Origin: the human T2T-CHM13v2.0 reference genome, Homo sapiens
Strand: one strand, 5' to 3'
NCBI RefSeq assembly: GCF_009914755.1
Contig: NC_060928.1
Length of the DNA stretch: 64,000 nt
Shown here: positions 60,621-64,000 of the stretch, in pieces
Position numbering within the stretch: position 1 is the first letter of the stretch
How the letters are laid out: each line of letters begins with the position of its first letter
Program-made: the position numbers and the translations under genes
The notes under the pieces: generated by a model
Database searches by the model: none
The model's input: the letters and a program-made list of their open reading frames with translations, nothing else
Told to the model about the DNA's origin: nothing

Positions 60621-61129
60621 TTTATATATTTAACTTGTGTCTTTGAAAAATAAATAAAACATCAGAATAAAAGTTATTTAAAGCATGAGTTTGCCTATCC
60701 TGCACTGAGCTGTATCTTTAGCCTCTAGCCCATGCCTAGCAACTAGGAGATTCTCAGTAAATATTTTCAGATGAGCCTTTGCAGGTATTACACCTTTGGT
60801 TATTAATAATTCTAGCAAAAATAGAATTCTATGGAAAATTAACCAGTAGTTGCCTTATCTTTTATCCCTTTAATTTCACTCTTAGAAGTCCTTAATTATA
60901 ACATAAACATTTTGAAATAAATTACTGTGTTTTACTCATGTCTGTATACTTCAGAGAGCTTATTACAGTGGCTTTTCATACATATTTATGGAATTGAATT
61001 CAGTGCAAAGAAAAAAACCCAGCCAAATAGAAACATAATATTTTCTCCCCCAAATCATTATCTTTATCAAAGCTCTAATAATTATTTTTTGACTTCATAT
61101 TCTGTGCTAATCACAGAATTTTCTCTGAT

Positions 61130-61610
61130 TTATTGGTCAGGTTTTCTGGAGGCAGGCAACGCTAACAAAATTTGTCTGTCTAAGAGAAAAAGGAAATTTT
61201 CCGGAAATGCAGCAGGGGTACACAGAATAAACAGCCTGGAAGTTGCAGTAGTGAGACTGAAAGATAATAAGATTAACCAAGGTTGCTTGAGAGCTAACAT
61301 GTAAACAATAAGATTTTGGTCAGGATGATGTTGGAATTCCTGAGAAACATCATTGTTGATGCTGTGAATTAGATTCTAACTCTCTGTTTCTGTGTCACTA
61401 AAGCAAAATTCAAAGATGAGAATACAAATGTCTAACTGGCCAAACCCAGGGCACATGTTTCACCCTGGTTTTTGGAGGGCAGGAAGAGGGAGAATTTGCC
61501 CCAGCCTCTTTCAGTTTCCATAGGACTCTGTGTAAGATGGCACAGTGCATCATTCAATAAAGTAGGCAGGGGTATTGGAAGCTGGACAGAAAAAATGATA
61601 AATATCTTAT
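61130..61610 (-). mobile_element. Old MaLR LTR (MLT1K/L-like)
   Basis: aaaattcaaagatgaga...tctaactggccaaacccagggcacatg...ggaagctggacagaaaa. Confidence 0.45.
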
Positions 61611-61782
61611 AGAAATAGGCATGTTGGATAAAACACATATTTTTCTCCTTGGAGCTCATCATTTGAGAGAAGAAAAAACTATCACAGATACAAATATAAT
61701 ATTAAAACTGTGATAAGGGAAATTAAAGAGAATAGTTTGTATTATTATATATACATGTGTGTGTATATAATATATATAAAAT

Positions 61783-62420
61783 AGATCAGGATTTTTTTAA
61801 CTTGCAAGTGACAGAAATCTAGCCTTTACAGATCATGCTAGCTTGCAACATAAAGGAGCTGATATGGTTTATCTGTGTCTCCACCCAAATCTCATCGTGA
61901 ATATCCACATGTTGTGAGAGGGACCCAGTGGGAGGTAATTGAATCATGAAGGTGGGTCTTTCCTATGCTGTTCTCATGAAAGTGAATAAGTCTCATGAGA
62001 TCTGATGGTTTTAAAAACAGGAGTTTCCCTGCATAAGCTCTCTTCTCTTATCTGCCACCATATGAGATGTGTCTTTCACCTTCTGCCATGATTGTGAGGC
62101 TTCCCCAGCCACGTGGAACTGTAAGTCCATTAAAACTCTTTGTTTTGTAAATTGCTCAGTCATGGGTATGTCTTTATCAGCAGTGTGAAAACAGACTAAT
62201 CCAGGAACTTATCAGCTAACTTACCTAAAATGTCCAGGGTTAGGTCTGGCTTTGCATATGACTGGATTTAGTCTCAAACAGTGTGCTACATCTTGGTTGC
62301 TCTGTATCTAACTAGAAACTATAATTAGTTTATAATATTTCTAGTGTTGGCTTTATTTTCAGGCAGCCATTTCCCCATTTGTTGGGAAAGCTGCTTCTCC
62401 ACAAGCCTCAATGAAACAAA
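61783..62420 (-). mobile_element. Old MaLR LTR (MLT1J/K-like) split by a THE1 LTR
   Basis: ttgcaagtgacagaaatc before the THE1; aatgtccagggttaggtctggctt and ggctttattttcaggcag after it. Confidence 0.6.
61860..62203 (+). mobile_element. Solo THE1B-like LTR
   Basis: tgatatggttt...cagactaatcca; TSD ggagc/ggaac. Confidence 0.93.
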
Positions 62421-62639
62421 ATCTTTACACTTGAAATCCCAGAAGATCAAATGCCAGAGATCTGGGATAAAATATAAAGAAAGAATAAACAATCCAGAGG
62501 GATCTTTACATATATCTAGAAGTGATGATTATAAAGGTCAATGAGAAAACTGGGTGAAAAATTTTCCTCACTGCAGAGACATTGAGAAAAGATCAGCCTC
62601 TCAGCCTCTATGTTCAAAGAGTTTATTAAACTTAATATT

Positions 62640-64000
<1,361 letters not shown>

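Overview
AT-rich, CpG-poor primate (human-like) nuclear DNA dominated by interspersed repeats: Alu (J and S), L1 (L1PA to L1M), L2, MIR, probable CR1/L3, MaLR/ERVL/ERV1 LTRs, a decayed 3'-truncated ERVL provirus, a full-length THE1 element, a near-complete Tigger2 and several DNA-transposon MITEs. I found no credible host protein-coding exon, RNA gene or CpG island; every ORF with recognisable homology is a dead TE fragment (L1 ORF2, ERVL pro/pol, Tigger transposase). I see no evidence of a new biological system. The most unusual directly visible features are repair or insertion scars: (1) a 144-bp, about 90%-identical copy of a MIR segment from 3.8 kb away inside ERVL gag, with iterated junction repeats; (2) a 47-bp insertion containing an inverted copy of its own pre-insertion site; (3) an inverted-copy plus T22 patch in one LTR of the THE1; (4) two twin-primed L1s, one with only a 23-bp inversion; (5) a 59-bp L1 with a perfect TSD. 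Repeat subfamily names come from recalled consensus sequences, not a database search, and boundaries of old repeats are approximate.
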